Shown piece by piece: positions 20,337 through 30,359 of a stretch of DNA of 51,480 nucleotides (positions are counted from its first letter, which is position 1; each line of letters begins with the position of its first letter). This DNA comes from a virus. Both the position numbers and the translations under genes were made by a program. Location of the stretch: IMG/VR virus record IMGVR_UViG_3300033232_000010, positions 1 through 51,480 of that record. One strand, 5' to 3'. The notes under the pieces are model-generated. The model was not told the origin of the DNA and searched no databases. It saw nothing but the letters and a program-made list of their open reading frames with translations.

Positions 20337-21330
20337 CAGCGTCAATCTCCCCAACGAGGGCCGCAATCTCATCGGCCAATGAAGACGCATCGGACGCGCC
20401 TGCCGCGGCTACAACCTTGGGGGCCTTGGGGGCCTTGGCCGGTGCGGGTGCGGGGGCCGCAGCAGCCGGTTTGGATGCGCCAAAACCACGCTTGGGTGCA
20501 GCAGCCGGTGCGGGTGCAGGGGCGGGTGCAGGTTCCTCAACGGGTGCTGCTGCTCTGACAGCGGGTTTCGGCGCAACTGGTGCAGCAGCCGGTGCCTTGG
20601 CAATCTGGGGCACAGCCACTGGTGTTCTCAGGGTTTCCCCGGTAATTGCTTTGACTTCCTCAGTACCGAACAGCGCGTCAACAGCTTGCTGGGTGTCTGC
20701 ATCAAGGAAGCCACCAAAGGTGAACTTCAGCTTCGGGAACGACGCATCAGTGTCGAAAGCCACGCGGGTCTTGACAATCTCCGGGGGGATACCACGCACG
20801 GATAGTTCCTTCTGGTATTGGTTCAAGCCCTTCAGCGCAGCCGGGGTGACCGACAGCAAGTAAACCGGGCCGCTCGGGTCGTCAGCGGCAACGACTGCCA
20901 AACGTTTGTTGTCCGAGCACGCCTTGATCTGCTGGCCACTTGGGGTGACCTTGGAGCCCCACGCATTTTGGGGGCAGGAGGCGCATAGGTCGCTCTGCGG
21001 GTCTTCGGATTCTGGGTCAGGGCCGACGCCATCCAGTGAGAAGCAGTCGGGCCCGGTAGGCTCAGCGTCCTTGTCCCATACCTTGGCGTACCAAGTCTTG
21101 GACAGCCGGGGGTTGGCACCGACAACTACTACGTCGAGGAAGGTAGAGTCCAGCACAGTCTCGGTGTCGCCTTCGACAATGCGGAAGCGGCTGGCCTTAA
21201 TGCTGATGCGGGGGAACAACTGCCCCGATGACAGGCCACCAGTCAGGGACTGGGCCAGTGCAGACGGAACACCAACGCGGGCGGCGAGGTGGGCGGGTAC
21301 TTGGATGTTCACGGGAACGATATTGCTCAT
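20326..21330 (-). CDS. Putative ssDNA-binding protein (T7 gp2.5-like architecture).
   Basis: 334 aa with a globular N-terminal part, a long Ala/Pro linker and an acidic C-terminal tip, 'LADEIAALVGEIDADDA'. It sits in the replication module. Inferred from architecture only. Confidence 0.45.
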   Translation of the reverse strand: MSNIVPVNIQVPAHLAARVGVPSALAQSLTGGLSSGQLFPRISIKASRFRIVEGDTETVLDSTFLDVVVVGANPRLSKTWYAKVWDKDAEPTGPDCFSLDGVGPDPESEDPQSDLCASCPQNAWGSKVTPSGQQIKACSDNKRLAVVAADDPSGPVYLLSVTPAALKGLNQYQKELSVRGIPPEIVKTRVAFDTDASFPKLKFTFGGFLDADTQQAVDALFGTEEVKAITGETLRTPVAVPQIAKAPAAAPVAPKPAVRAAAPVEEPAPAPAPAPAAAPKRGFGASKPAAAAPAPAPAKAPKAPKVVAAAGASDASSLADEIAALVGEIDADDA

Positions 21331-21345
21331 TTGAGGCTCCTTTGG

Positions 21346-21717
21346 TTAAAAAATAGATTTCTTCGCGGCACGGGCAAGGCCGGGGGCCCGGTTTGCTGCG
21401 TGCTTCTCATTCTCAAACATGTCGGACTGCACGCCCAACTTGTCCTTCATCGCCGACGACACGAGGTGATCAGCGATAGCTTGATGGTCGGCGCAGTAGA
21501 CGAAGCCGGTAAAGCAGCCCCCCACAATAGCAGTGTGCCGATTTAGGGTTCGCACCACGAAGCCGTTGTCGATCTGGAACGCCATGATGGAAGCGCCGCT
21601 ATCGGTCAGCATGTCGCCAAGTCTGCCGCTTATACGCATGGCGTCTTCTGCTTCGCGATTCTGGGCTAATCCCTCGTAGGCGGCTTTCGCCAACCAGCGT
21701 TTGAATGCTTTGATCAT
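21346..21717 (-). CDS. Hypothetical protein.
   Basis: ORF on the minus-strand operon. The ATG at 21717 is preceded by 'agaggactgag' and lies just after the upstream stop. Confidence 0.55.
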   Translation of the reverse strand: MIKAFKRWLAKAAYEGLAQNREAEDAMRISGRLGDMLTDSGASIMAFQIDNGFVVRTLNRHTAIVGGCFTGFVYCADHQAIADHLVSSAMKDKLGVQSDMFENEKHAANRAPGLARAAKKSIF

Positions 21718-21718
21718 C

Positions 21719-22135
21719 TCAGTCCTCTGCTTTGGCACCGGGTTTGCGGATGTTCACCTCCAGCGTGGTGCCGTAGTTGACACCGGGGGGGACTGCCTTG
21801 AGTTCCTTGATGTAGCCGCGCACAGCGATCTTGCTGACGCGCTTCTCCAGCATGTCATAGGCTTCGTTTTTACGGATGAACCCCAGCACTGCGTCCCAGT
21901 CGGCCACGTTCGCGTAGTCCGTGGTGGTCAGGAACGCCGTGCCGTAGTCTGACTTGAAACTGGTCAGGCCCTGTGCGTCCATCTGCGTCTTGAGATACGC
22001 TTCCAGTTTCTCCAGCTTGGCCTTGATCGTAGCCACTTGGCCTTTGATCTCAGCTTCGAGCGTGGCTTTCTGGTCGCGCAATTTCATGTAGGTGCGGATC
22101 ACGTCACCTATGTTGGGTGCTGCTGCTTCACTCAT
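21719..22135 (-). CDS. Hypothetical coiled-coil protein.
   Basis: 138 aa. 'KLRDQKATLEAEIKGQVATIKAKLEKLEAYLK'. Tightly packed in the operon. Confidence 0.6.
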   Translation of the reverse strand: MSEAAAPNIGDVIRTYMKLRDQKATLEAEIKGQVATIKAKLEKLEAYLKTQMDAQGLTSFKSDYGTAFLTTTDYANVADWDAVLGFIRKNEAYDMLEKRVSKIAVRGYIKELKAVPPGVNYGTTLEVNIRKPGAKAED

Positions 22136-22136
22136 T

Positions 22137-23690
22137 TCAATTCCTTGTCTGTTGTTGGATCATTTCAAGCAGTAGCCCTTGCAGCTTCTGCTTGTTCCTA
22201 AGGCGCTCGTACATCCTGTGCTCAAGGTCTGTGCCTTCTATGTGGACGACGTTGGAGACTCTTGTCTTGCCGATGCGCTCGATGCGCCCGTTGGCCTGTA
22301 CATATATCTCGTTGCTGTTGATCGGCCCATACCAAATGATGGTCGACGCAATAGTAAGTGTAAGACCATGTGCCATCGTGCCCGGGTGGGCAATCAAAAC
22401 ATGCGGGTCTTTCTCATGCTGGAATCCGTGGAAGATGCGGTTTCGCTCGTTGGCGGACACCTCACCGTTGACCACGCTGACTGACCAATGCTTGCGAAGC
22501 TCTTTCTCCAGCATGTGGAGCGCCCCGGTCAGGGGTACGAATACGATTACTTTTTCACCTGCTTCTTCAATCACCTCCTTCACTAAGTTTACTCGCGGGG
22601 AACAGTCGAGCAAAATGTTCTGCCCGTCATCGCCGTATGCCACGCCACAAGCGATCTGTACTAACTTCTGAATCTTCACTGCCTCATTAACTGCGGTGAT
22701 CGTCCCTTCAGCCGCGGCCTCGGTCACAAAGTGCCGCAGCATCTGGGTGTAGTGTTTCTTCTGCTCCGCGGTCAACTCGGCCTGCCGGGTCTGGATGATC
22801 GTCTCTGGCAAGTCAAAGCACTCGTCCCGCGTGTAACGCACAGCAGGTTGCAAGACGTGCTTCACGATCTCTATTGCTTCAGGGCGCGGCGCGAACTTCC
22901 ACTGGCCGATCTTCATCATCACCTGCTCACGGAACGCCGTGAACGTCTTGGTAAGGAAGGGCGAGTTCACCAGCTTTGCCAGTGCCCATGCATCAGTTGG
23001 GTCGTTGGGTGTTGGTGTGCCCGTCATCAGCCACAACCGGGTGTCAATGTTCTGCTCCATCCACTTGCGGAAGATTTTGAACCTGCGTGTCGATGGGTTG
23101 CGCAGCACTGCTACCTCGTCCACGATCACCAGATCGAACATGCCGCTGCACTCCTCCTTGATGATGGCGAACCCGTCGTGGTTGACAATATAGAAGTCTG
23201 CTTCAGTGTGCAGCAGCCTGAGTCGTTTCTCTGCCGTTCCGTGCAGCACCACGAACTTGCGGTGCACCAGCCCGGTAAAAATGCCGTCGCCCCAAACACG
23301 CTCCAACGTACTGAGCGGTGACAGAATCAGCACCTTCTTGACCTTCTTGGTCTTGATCAAGTAGTCCGCGGCCCACAAAGCCGACTGCGTTTTCCCAGTA
23401 CCGATCTCGTTGAGTACCAGCCCACGCTGTTGCAGCGTAAGGAACGCGGCAGTCTCACGCTGGTGGTCGAACGGGGTGTACTGCCCCGGCCAGTCGTAGT
23501 AGTGCAGGATGGGCGACGGTGCCCTAATGCCAAGATTGCGCAGCACCTTAACTTCGTCGAGCCGATGTGGAGCGACCACGATCTGGGCGCCATTCACCTC
23601 CAGCGACTTGGCCGTAGGGATGGAATCCAGTACCCGGTTTGGGTTGTTCAACTTGAGGGCCAGAGCTCTGGCCTTCTCGACTACCAACAT
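22137..23690 (-). CDS. SNF2-family (DEAD/DEAH-box-like) helicase.
   Basis: 'LNEIGTGKTQSAL', 'LVIVDEVAVLRN', 'LMTGTPTPN' and 'QANGRIERIGK'. The start is set at MLVVEK (23690), 1 nt after the VRR-NUC stop. The track start at 23873 overlaps the upstream gene. Confidence 0.85.
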   Translation of the reverse strand: MLVVEKARALALKLNNPNRVLDSIPTAKSLEVNGAQIVVAPHRLDEVKVLRNLGIRAPSPILHYYDWPGQYTPFDHQRETAAFLTLQQRGLVLNEIGTGKTQSALWAADYLIKTKKVKKVLILSPLSTLERVWGDGIFTGLVHRKFVVLHGTAEKRLRLLHTEADFYIVNHDGFAIIKEECSGMFDLVIVDEVAVLRNPSTRRFKIFRKWMEQNIDTRLWLMTGTPTPNDPTDAWALAKLVNSPFLTKTFTAFREQVMMKIGQWKFAPRPEAIEIVKHVLQPAVRYTRDECFDLPETIIQTRQAELTAEQKKHYTQMLRHFVTEAAAEGTITAVNEAVKIQKLVQIACGVAYGDDGQNILLDCSPRVNLVKEVIEEAGEKVIVFVPLTGALHMLEKELRKHWSVSVVNGEVSANERNRIFHGFQHEKDPHVLIAHPGTMAHGLTLTIASTIIWYGPINSNEIYVQANGRIERIGKTRVSNVVHIEGTDLEHRMYERLRNKQKLQGLLLEMIQQQTRN

Positions 23691-23691
23691 G

Positions 23692-24000
23692 TCACAACAC
23701 CTTGTCTTGTATAAATCGTTCCAGTTCAGCGCATGAGTCCACGTCAAACACGAGGAACCAGCGCCCGCCCGCCGCCTGAATCTCCTTGCCGCAGCGGATT
23801 TGCAGTTCAGTAGGCTTCTTGGTCTTGTCGGCCTTGGCCTCGATTCCCACAAAGTCACCGGCAACAATAGCAATGATGTCCGGGATGCCCGCGCGGCCCA
23901 TGCCGTTTGCTGCTGGGAAGAAGTACCAAACTCCGTACTTCTTCAACATCTTGGTCACCATCTGTTTTATCTTTCCTTCTGGGGTAAGTGTACTCATCAT
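23692..24000 (-). CDS. VRR-NUC domain nuclease.
   Basis: 102 aa. 'GRAGIPDIIAIVAGDFVGIEAKADK' is a PD-(D/E)xK core of VRR-NUC type. Confidence 0.8.
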   Translation of the reverse strand: MMSTLTPEGKIKQMVTKMLKKYGVWYFFPAANGMGRAGIPDIIAIVAGDFVGIEAKADKTKKPTELQIRCGKEIQAAGGRWFLVFDVDSCAELERFIQDKVL

Positions 24001-24041
24001 ATCACCGTTCTTTACGTTCGTGTCAAGTTTTTATATAGGGG

Positions 24042-24698
24042 TTAACCCCTAGCGTAGTCACAGTCGTGACGACAAGGGCAGAAGCGGCACAACCCACTGG
24101 GACGGGCGGGCCAATTGCCGTGGTCATACGCGTCGTAGATGCGCTGGATGCGCTTCATAATCTCCGCCCAGAGGGCGTTCACCCCGCTGCGGGCGTACTG
24201 GTTGGTGTCCATCTCCATTGTCTTGAGCCACACAAGGGATGTCTTCACCTGCCGCACGTCAGGAAAGTGCTTGAACACCTGCGCTGCAAACATCTGCATC
24301 TGAAACTGGTCGGCGTTGCGCTTGCCCGTTTTCCAGTCCATAACCACAGCGTCTTCACCGACGATGACAAGCACGTCAAGTTTGCTGCGCAGCCACGCGT
24401 CAGAATCCCACCAGCCTGTTGGTGTAAGGTTCTCGGTCAGCACCAATTCGTGCTCAATGTGCAGGGCACCTTGTTTTGCCAGCGTCTCGACCGACCGGCA
24501 TAGCGGCTCGTACTGCACCACTTCAGCCGGTAACCCCGCGCCTTTCAACCGATTTTCAAGGAACGTGTGGATACGTTCCCCGTGCTTGGACGCTTCGCCG
24601 CCCTCATCGGCGACCTCTTTCTTGATTCGCTGGCGGTAATACCGCAGGGGGCAGTTCTCGAACTGCTTGATCGATGAGTATGAATGGCTTAAGCGCAT
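24042..24698 (-). CDS. Cas4/RecB-like PD-(D/E)XK exonuclease with a Cys cluster.
   Basis: N-terminal 'FENCPLRY', core 'DVLVIVGEDAVVMDWKTGK' and C-terminal 'CRFCPCRHDC' (4-Cys pattern). The start is uncertain: 24698 (MRLSHSY) or as far upstream as 24779. Confidence 0.75.
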   Translation of the reverse strand: MRLSHSYSSIKQFENCPLRYYRQRIKKEVADEGGEASKHGERIHTFLENRLKGAGLPAEVVQYEPLCRSVETLAKQGALHIEHELVLTENLTPTGWWDSDAWLRSKLDVLVIVGEDAVVMDWKTGKRNADQFQMQMFAAQVFKHFPDVRQVKTSLVWLKTMEMDTNQYARSGVNALWAEIMKRIQRIYDAYDHGNWPARPSGLCRFCPCRHDCDYARG

Positions 24699-24760
24699 AG
24701 TAGTTTGCCCCTCAGGTGTCGCCTGAAGGGTGCTTGTAAAGTTGGAGCCCCCACTGTATA

Positions 24761-24973
24761 TCATTCGCGCATCCGGCACAACGTGTCATGCTTGGCGAGC
24801 TCAAGCACTGCAACAAGTTGCATCATGTCCGTCAGCCCAGACGAAAAGCGGTGGTATTCGCCGTCGATCTTGACGACAGCCAGCACCTCAGCAGTATCAG
24901 GGTTTTCCCTTACCTTGCCAGTGATGGTCTCCAGAAGTTGGAGGGCCTGTTGGTTGTTGGATTCAGTATTCAT
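24761..24973 (-). CDS. Hypothetical protein (70 aa).
   Basis: ATG at 24973 preceded by 'aaggggaaacaaa'. The track start at 25054 overlaps the polymerase gene. Confidence 0.55.
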   Translation of the reverse strand: MNTESNNQQALQLLETITGKVRENPDTAEVLAVVKIDGEYHRFSSGLTDMMQLVAVLELAKHDTLCRMRE

Positions 24974-25010
24974 TTTGTTTCCCCTTGGTGTTTGATTCTT
25001 GCCGTTTCCA

Positions 25011-26852
25011 TTACGTGTCCCCATAGTTAACTGCCAGCCCAGACTCACACGCAATCGGAAGGTCGGGGGCCCACACGGGGGCAGTGGACATAATTGCTTC
25101 GAGTTTGGTTTGGTCGGCCAGCGCAGTGGCCTCAGGCGCGCTGATGATTATTTCGTCGTGGACTTGAAAGGCCACCTTGAAGTACTTGCCAGCTTCGGCC
25201 ATCTGTTCCCGGATCACAAGCGCAGCAAGCGCCTGCGTGAGGTTCTCAGTCATTTTCCCGCCGTACATCCGCGTCCATACAGCTTCTTCCCCGGACTGAA
25301 ACTTCTTGAACTGGCGAGCGTCGTTGATGTACTCGAACCCGTTGGCAGTAGAACGCAGCGCCGGGTACGGAACCTTGAACCCGTTGGGCAAAGTGACACC
25401 AGTGCTGTCAAACGGAAGCACGTCATGCAAGTGGCCGCTGCCACCTTGGGTCATCGCCACCAGCGCGCGGCCACACTTCTGCCAAAATTGCACAATGTGA
25501 AAATTCTTGGCACGGTAGATTCGCACAATGCGCTCGGCCTCGCCGAGGTCGATCACCACGTTGATGCCGCCTTGGCCGAGCTCCAGAGTACGTTGCAGCT
25601 TAGTTGCACCCATGCCGTAGCCCAGCCCCAGAATGCAGGTCTTGCCCACGAACCGCTCCACCTTGTCGGCCTTGGTGATCTTGCGACCATAGACCTCAGT
25701 GGCGAACTCTGAGTAGATGTCCCGCTTCTGTGCGAACGCTTCGACCAGATCAGTCTGCCCAGCCAACCACGCCACAGTACGTGCTTCGATCTGAGACGAG
25801 TCGCACGAGATCAGCATGTGGCCCTCGGGTGCCTTGAGCGCCCTGCGGATGGTCGTGTTGCCGCGGCTTGGAAGATTCTGAAGGTTAACCCCGCCTCCCC
25901 CGCTGAAGCGCCCAGTGTGGGCGCCGTAGTAGTTGAGCATGATGGGTAGCCGCCCGCGCTCAGCCACGCCGATCAGGTTGTCAGTGCGGGTCTCCTCAAT
26001 CGTGGACTTGGCACCCAGCCGAACAGTCACCGCAGTTTGAACCTGCACATCAGAGTGATCCAGCAGGGCGGTCAACTCCTTATCCGTCTTGGCGAACGCC
26101 CACGTTACCTTGCCCGTGGTAGGGCTGACCTTGGTGGGGGGCTCTGCACCCAGCGACTCAAGATATGCAGCAAACTTGTTGTTGGACATGATGATTTCTT
26201 GGGCGTCGTCCCCCAGTGCGGCCAGTAGCTCCGCTTTGCGTGCCCGAACTTCCTCAAGATGTTGCTCCAACAACGGTACATCAAGCTCGATCACCGGCTC
26301 GGTGTACATGCGCAGCGTCTGGTCGATGATCAACAGTTCGCTGACCGGGAAGCCCACCTTCAGCTTGTCCCACAGGGCTTTGGTCAGGTTCACGTCGTTG
26401 ATGCAGTACTGCCCGTACTGCGCAAGATCGGCCTTGGTGAAGTCAGCCTTGCGCTTGCCCAGCGCGGCCACCACCTCATCACCCTTCTTGCCCAGCCCGT
26501 AGTGCGTCGCCAGCTTGGCGAGCGAGCCGCCCACCATGATGTTGTGCAGTGGACGCGCCATGCTCAGAGTGTCCAGCCACAGCCTTGGCTTGATACCAAA
26601 GTGCCACGACAGGATGGCACCATCAAACGCGGTGTTGTGGCACAGAATAGCCCGCTTGCGATAGTCCAGCGCGTTGAGGAACTTGCCGGGGTTGTCCCCG
26701 GAGTACCAGTCGGTAGGGTAGTCGTTGACCCTGACTCCCACACCAATGACCTCGAACCGGGGATCACGGACGTAGGACTCAGTGGTCATCTTTGCCAGAG
26801 AGTACTCTTTGTCGTAGTACGTCTCTATGTCAATCGTAACAATGTCCATCAC
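25011..26852 (-). CDS. Family-A DNA polymerase with a 3'-5' exonuclease domain.
   Basis: 613 aa. 'DIETYYD' (Exo I), 'HNTAFDGAIL' (Exo II), 'NLQNLP', 'KTCILGLGYGMG' and 'QVHDEIII'. Confidence 0.9.
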   Translation of the reverse strand: MMDIVTIDIETYYDKEYSLAKMTTESYVRDPRFEVIGVGVRVNDYPTDWYSGDNPGKFLNALDYRKRAILCHNTAFDGAILSWHFGIKPRLWLDTLSMARPLHNIMVGGSLAKLATHYGLGKKGDEVVAALGKRKADFTKADLAQYGQYCINDVNLTKALWDKLKVGFPVSELLIIDQTLRMYTEPVIELDVPLLEQHLEEVRARKAELLAALGDDAQEIIMSNNKFAAYLESLGAEPPTKVSPTTGKVTWAFAKTDKELTALLDHSDVQVQTAVTVRLGAKSTIEETRTDNLIGVAERGRLPIMLNYYGAHTGRFSGGGGVNLQNLPSRGNTTIRRALKAPEGHMLISCDSSQIEARTVAWLAGQTDLVEAFAQKRDIYSEFATEVYGRKITKADKVERFVGKTCILGLGYGMGATKLQRTLELGQGGINVVIDLGEAERIVRIYRAKNFHIVQFWQKCGRALVAMTQGGSGHLHDVLPFDSTGVTLPNGFKVPYPALRSTANGFEYINDARQFKKFQSGEEAVWTRMYGGKMTENLTQALAALVIREQMAEAGKYFKVAFQVHDEIIISAPEATALADQTKLEAIMSTAPVWAPDLPIACESGLAVNYGDT

Positions 26853-27151
26853 GCGCTGTCCTCCCCCAGCACCTCAAGAAGTTTCTGGATGTAGTGCTGG
26901 CCCTTTGCCACCTCAAGGGGTGACTCGTCTTTGTTCCCCATACGCATCAGGTACTTCAGCGCGCCACCGCGGTAGTATCCAATGCGCTGCTCAAGCGGCC
27001 ATGTGTCCACGACATCCCACGGCTCCACGCCCATGTTCTTGTAGTGGTCACCCCCCACTTGGCGGGTACGTGCCCGACCCCTTAGGGAGTCACCCCAGTC
27101 TTGGTTCTCGTCCATAAGTTTCTCCTTGTCAATACCCAGCTTTGTCATCAT
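26849..27151 (-). CDS. DUF3310-like protein.
   Basis: 'QVGGDHYKNMGVEPWDVV...GGALKYLMRMGNKD...VAKGQHYIQKL' is the pattern of the DUF3310 family. Start chosen at MMTKLG. Confidence 0.7.
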   Translation of the reverse strand: MMTKLGIDKEKLMDENQDWGDSLRGRARTRQVGGDHYKNMGVEPWDVVDTWPLEQRIGYYRGGALKYLMRMGNKDESPLEVAKGQHYIQKLLEVLGEDSA

Positions 27152-27362
27152 GTTCTTCCACCCCCGCTTGGGGGACGTCGCCCCGAAAGGCCAATTGAGA
27201 CAGGGCAACGATATGTGCTACCGTCGCTTTTAGTTTGCCCGTCTCGGACTGAATCCCCTCAAGTGTTCTCGCAAGCCGCTCGTTTCGGGCTCGCATCAAC
27301 CTGTTCTCGTACTCCAACTCAGCGACCAGCAGGTCAAAATTGCGTTCGTCTTCCATCGTCAT
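27129..27362 (-). CDS. Hypothetical coiled-coil protein.
   Basis: ATG at 27362 preceded by 'ggagtatttt'. 'LVAELEYENRLMRARNERLARTLEG'. Confidence 0.5.
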   Translation of the reverse strand: MTMEDERNFDLLVAELEYENRLMRARNERLARTLEGIQSETGKLKATVAHIVALSQLAFRGDVPQAGVEEHDDKAGY

Positions 27363-27729
27363 AAAATACTCCAAACTTTCTCCGAAGCGCCACGCTGTTA
27401 CGGCGGCATACCTCATCAACAGCGTCGAGAACCCGCGCTACGTTGGGTTGCAGGTACGCCGATAAAAGCGTGACCTCGGCGGTTTTCACAAACCCCTCCA
27501 GAAGTTCTGGGGGGAACTCGTTATTTTTCATGCAAGTGTACAGGAATGTAAGCCATTCGTCGGCCTCCCATACGGGCGCATACCATTGGTGTTTACCCTG
27601 ACGCTGGGCCGCAATCTGCTCACAAGCACGTTGTATCACTCCGAGCTTGGCTCGCACCCTCATGCCGTACTTGAATCGGCGCAGGGCACGGAGCCATTCT
27701 CGACGCTTATCAGGGTCGATTTGCAGCAT
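27334..27729 (-). CDS. Hypothetical protein.
   Basis: 131-aa ORF in the operon. Confidence 0.55.
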   Translation of the reverse strand: MLQIDPDKRREWLRALRRFKYGMRVRAKLGVIQRACEQIAAQRQGKHQWYAPVWEADEWLTFLYTCMKNNEFPPELLEGFVKTAEVTLLSAYLQPNVARVLDAVDEVCRRNSVALRRKFGVFYDDGRRTQF

Positions 27730-27731
27730 GG

Positions 27732-28361
27732 TTACAACCCGAACTTGGCAGCGGCGCTCATGGCAGTGAGCTTGCCGACATCGATGTCTAGCACGACCTC
27801 CTTTTTACCGCGTACCGCGACCTGCCGGTGCTTGTCTTTCACGTCCTCAGGGATAAGGTCCCACAGTGGAGGCCATGCCTTGAGCGCCGGGCCCAGTGTG
27901 GAGTACGCTTCGCAGATTTTCCTGACCGCAAAGAGAAACTCGTTATGCCGTGCACGGGCAGCGTCAACCCGCTCGTTGTAAGCGGCCACCTCGGAGCGGA
28001 ACTCATCCCAGACAGGAGAGTCGTTGAGCGCGACCGCACCACCATAGCGCGATTCTAGACCCGCGGCTCCAATGTCAGAGAATTTATACGGCCACGGCAT
28101 AGGGCACGGGAGCGTAAAAGTCATGTTGCAATAGGCTTCACCGACACGACTGATCTCAATTGACTCCACAGTTTTTAACCACCCATTAGGAACACTCTGG
28201 GCAAACTTGCTGATCTCCGGGAACAGGATGTCGTAGATGCGCTGCCCCCATGAGTTATCGGGCTTTGCCATCACAACCCGCTCGACCGCGGGCCCCATTT
28301 TGGCACGAGCGATCCGCTCAATACTGCTGCGCAGTTCTTTGTTAAAGTGTACTGTTGCCAT
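27732..28361 (-). CDS. Hypothetical protein.
   Basis: 209-aa ORF in the operon. Confidence 0.6.
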   Translation of the reverse strand: MATVHFNKELRSSIERIARAKMGPAVERVVMAKPDNSWGQRIYDILFPEISKFAQSVPNGWLKTVESIEISRVGEAYCNMTFTLPCPMPWPYKFSDIGAAGLESRYGGAVALNDSPVWDEFRSEVAAYNERVDAARARHNEFLFAVRKICEAYSTLGPALKAWPPLWDLIPEDVKDKHRQVAVRGKKEVVLDIDVGKLTAMSAAAKFGL

Positions 28362-28365
28362 GATA

Positions 28366-29496
28366 TTACTCTCCTATTTCAATGATTTCACCAAAAGGTG
28401 CGCTGCTTAAATCCGTCGTGACCCATAGTACCGGCGCGTCGGGCTGATCCCCGAAGCTACCGCAGCACAGGTCGGTCAGGAACACGATTGCAACTGGGTT
28501 GATGCCCAGTTCGATGATCTTGGCAAAGACTGGCGCAAAGTCAGTGCCACCCCCGCCGTGGGGCTTGATGTCAAGGTCGTCATGCTGCTCGTAAGACTCC
28601 ACATGGCTGACCTCGTTGTCGAAGTACATCACATGGATACGCTCCGGCATCAGGTCTTCTTTGACGCGGCTGACCTCGGCGGCAAATTGGTTGAGCGTAT
28701 GCTGGTCAATGGAGCCGGAACAGTCCACTGCGAACAGCACCTCGCCCATTGCCTCGCCGCTTACACTGGGTAGGTACAGCCCTTGCGGCAGGAAGCGGCG
28801 GTTGAACCGGGCAAACGAACGGCTGTCACTGCGGGCTCTGATAAGGAACCTCTGAAGCACCTCGCGCCAGTCAACTTTTGGTTGCAGCACCTCGTTGACA
28901 AGACGTTGCATATTGGCTGACATCTTGCCCATCATCTTGGCGGCTTGCGCCGCTTGGGCTACCTTCACTTTCCACTCGGCCTGCTGCTGCGCTTGCTCAG
29001 CAGGGTCACCAGAACCGTCCTCGCAGTTGTCCATCAAATCGCCAACGCCCTTGTCTTCGTCCTGCTCTGGCAAGATGTTGTAGATGCCCTCACTGGTGCC
29101 GTGGCCAGCGTTGTATATGCTGGGGTCATGTAGCCCCACAGCAGGCATTCGGCCGATGCCTTCATCGACCAGCAGCTTGTTGATCACGTAGTCTGCGGCC
29201 ATGTTCCACCTCCGCGCCTGCCGTTCCCCGCGCCGGAAGGTATGCTCCATCATGGGGTGGAAGCACTCATGGGCCACAAGGAACTTGACCTCCTCATCAG
29301 TCAGGTCGGCCACGAACTCGGGGTTGAACTTGACCCGCTTGCCGTTGGTCGCGGCAGTGGGGATGCTATCGTCAAGCTCAAAGGGCATGTTCAGGGCGAT
29401 GGTGCCGACGAAGGGATGCTCCAAGATTAGAGCGGTCTTGGCCTTCGCCAGTTTGGTTTGAACCTTTTTCAGGTCAATGGTCGCAGTCGCCATCAT
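28366..29496 (-). CDS. VWA-domain protein with an N-terminal putative zinc metallopeptidase (DUF2201-like / CobT-like).
   Basis: 376 aa. 'LVAHECFHPMMEH' (HExxH) and 'FAVDCSGSI' (DxSxS MIDAS). Confidence 0.75.
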   Translation of the reverse strand: MMATATIDLKKVQTKLAKAKTALILEHPFVGTIALNMPFELDDSIPTAATNGKRVKFNPEFVADLTDEEVKFLVAHECFHPMMEHTFRRGERQARRWNMAADYVINKLLVDEGIGRMPAVGLHDPSIYNAGHGTSEGIYNILPEQDEDKGVGDLMDNCEDGSGDPAEQAQQQAEWKVKVAQAAQAAKMMGKMSANMQRLVNEVLQPKVDWREVLQRFLIRARSDSRSFARFNRRFLPQGLYLPSVSGEAMGEVLFAVDCSGSIDQHTLNQFAAEVSRVKEDLMPERIHVMYFDNEVSHVESYEQHDDLDIKPHGGGGTDFAPVFAKIIELGINPVAIVFLTDLCCGSFGDQPDAPVLWVTTDLSSAPFGEIIEIGE

Positions 29497-30344
29497 AGTG
29501 CTCCATTCATAAAGACGGACATCTTGTCCATGATCGCCTTGGCCTCGGCGGCAGTGTCGCGCCTCAGGTCGGGGTCATTGCGCAGTGCATCAGGATGCTT
29601 CAGCAAAGATGCCTCAACCTGTTGCCGCATGGCTTCCAAGTGCGGGTCGTCACTGAAGTTCAACCGCGGCAGCAGAGCGCAAATCTCCCGGGCATTCTCG
29701 ACCATCGAGTCACGAAAGATCGCCTTCGGGTCGGCCAGCTTCTCAGCCATGTGTTTCACCCGGTCATACAGCCGAGCCCAGATGTCCTTCAACGCGGCCT
29801 GCTCAGCCTCCTTCACACGCCGCTCAACATCTTGCTGGATGCGTGTCAGTTCTTCTGACCCGATACTTACACGGAAGTCCGCACTCGGCACCGGGAACAC
29901 GGCCATATCCATGTTGAACTTGCGCCGCAGGTCGGCCACTGGCGGGTAATCGGCGTGGTCATACAGTGACCCGAGAATGCGCTGGGCATCGAGTTTGAGA
30001 CTGTCGTAGTTGTCGATGAACGTCTGCACCAGCGACTCCCACTCGCCTTTCTCCTTACGGAAGTCTGACATGAACGCCAGATAGTTGGCCGTGGGCAGCA
30101 TCATGGTGCCGTCCAGCCCCCACGGCAACGTGTTGCTATAGTATTTGGTGCGGATGAACGTTGTTTTCTTGTGGATGTTGTCCAGCAAGTCGTTCATGGG
30201 CAGCAAAGCCTTGTTATATCGGCCAGCCGCAGTCGTGGTGCCGTGCGCTGTCGCCACTTCATTGGTGGCACGCTTGTCGTATTTGCGTGCCGTCCACTGG
30301 GACACGTTGAGTTGCACCAAAAGTGCTCGATCGTTTAATTGCAT
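29493..30344 (-). CDS. Hypothetical protein lying between the AAA and VWA genes.
   Basis: 283-aa ORF, translationally coupled to the VWA gene (4-nt overlap). Confidence 0.65.
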   Translation of the reverse strand: MQLNDRALLVQLNVSQWTARKYDKRATNEVATAHGTTTAAGRYNKALLPMNDLLDNIHKKTTFIRTKYYSNTLPWGLDGTMMLPTANYLAFMSDFRKEKGEWESLVQTFIDNYDSLKLDAQRILGSLYDHADYPPVADLRRKFNMDMAVFPVPSADFRVSIGSEELTRIQQDVERRVKEAEQAALKDIWARLYDRVKHMAEKLADPKAIFRDSMVENAREICALLPRLNFSDDPHLEAMRQQVEASLLKHPDALRNDPDLRRDTAAEAKAIMDKMSVFMNGAL

Positions 30345-30359
30345 GTTGTTCTCTCTGTT

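Noticed and set aside
22137-23873. The longer 578-aa version of the SNF2 helicase.
   Set aside because: The first 61 codons overlap the VRR-NUC gene and are Arg/Ser/Cys-rich. The ATG at 23690 sits right after the VRR-NUC stop.
24037-24050. 14-bp perfect palindrome AGGGGTTAACCCCT, considered as a terminator between the Cas4-like and VRR-NUC genes.
   Set aside because: It can form only a stem of about 5 bp, has no U-run, and overlaps the stop codon. It is probably incidental, or a weak structural or recognition site.
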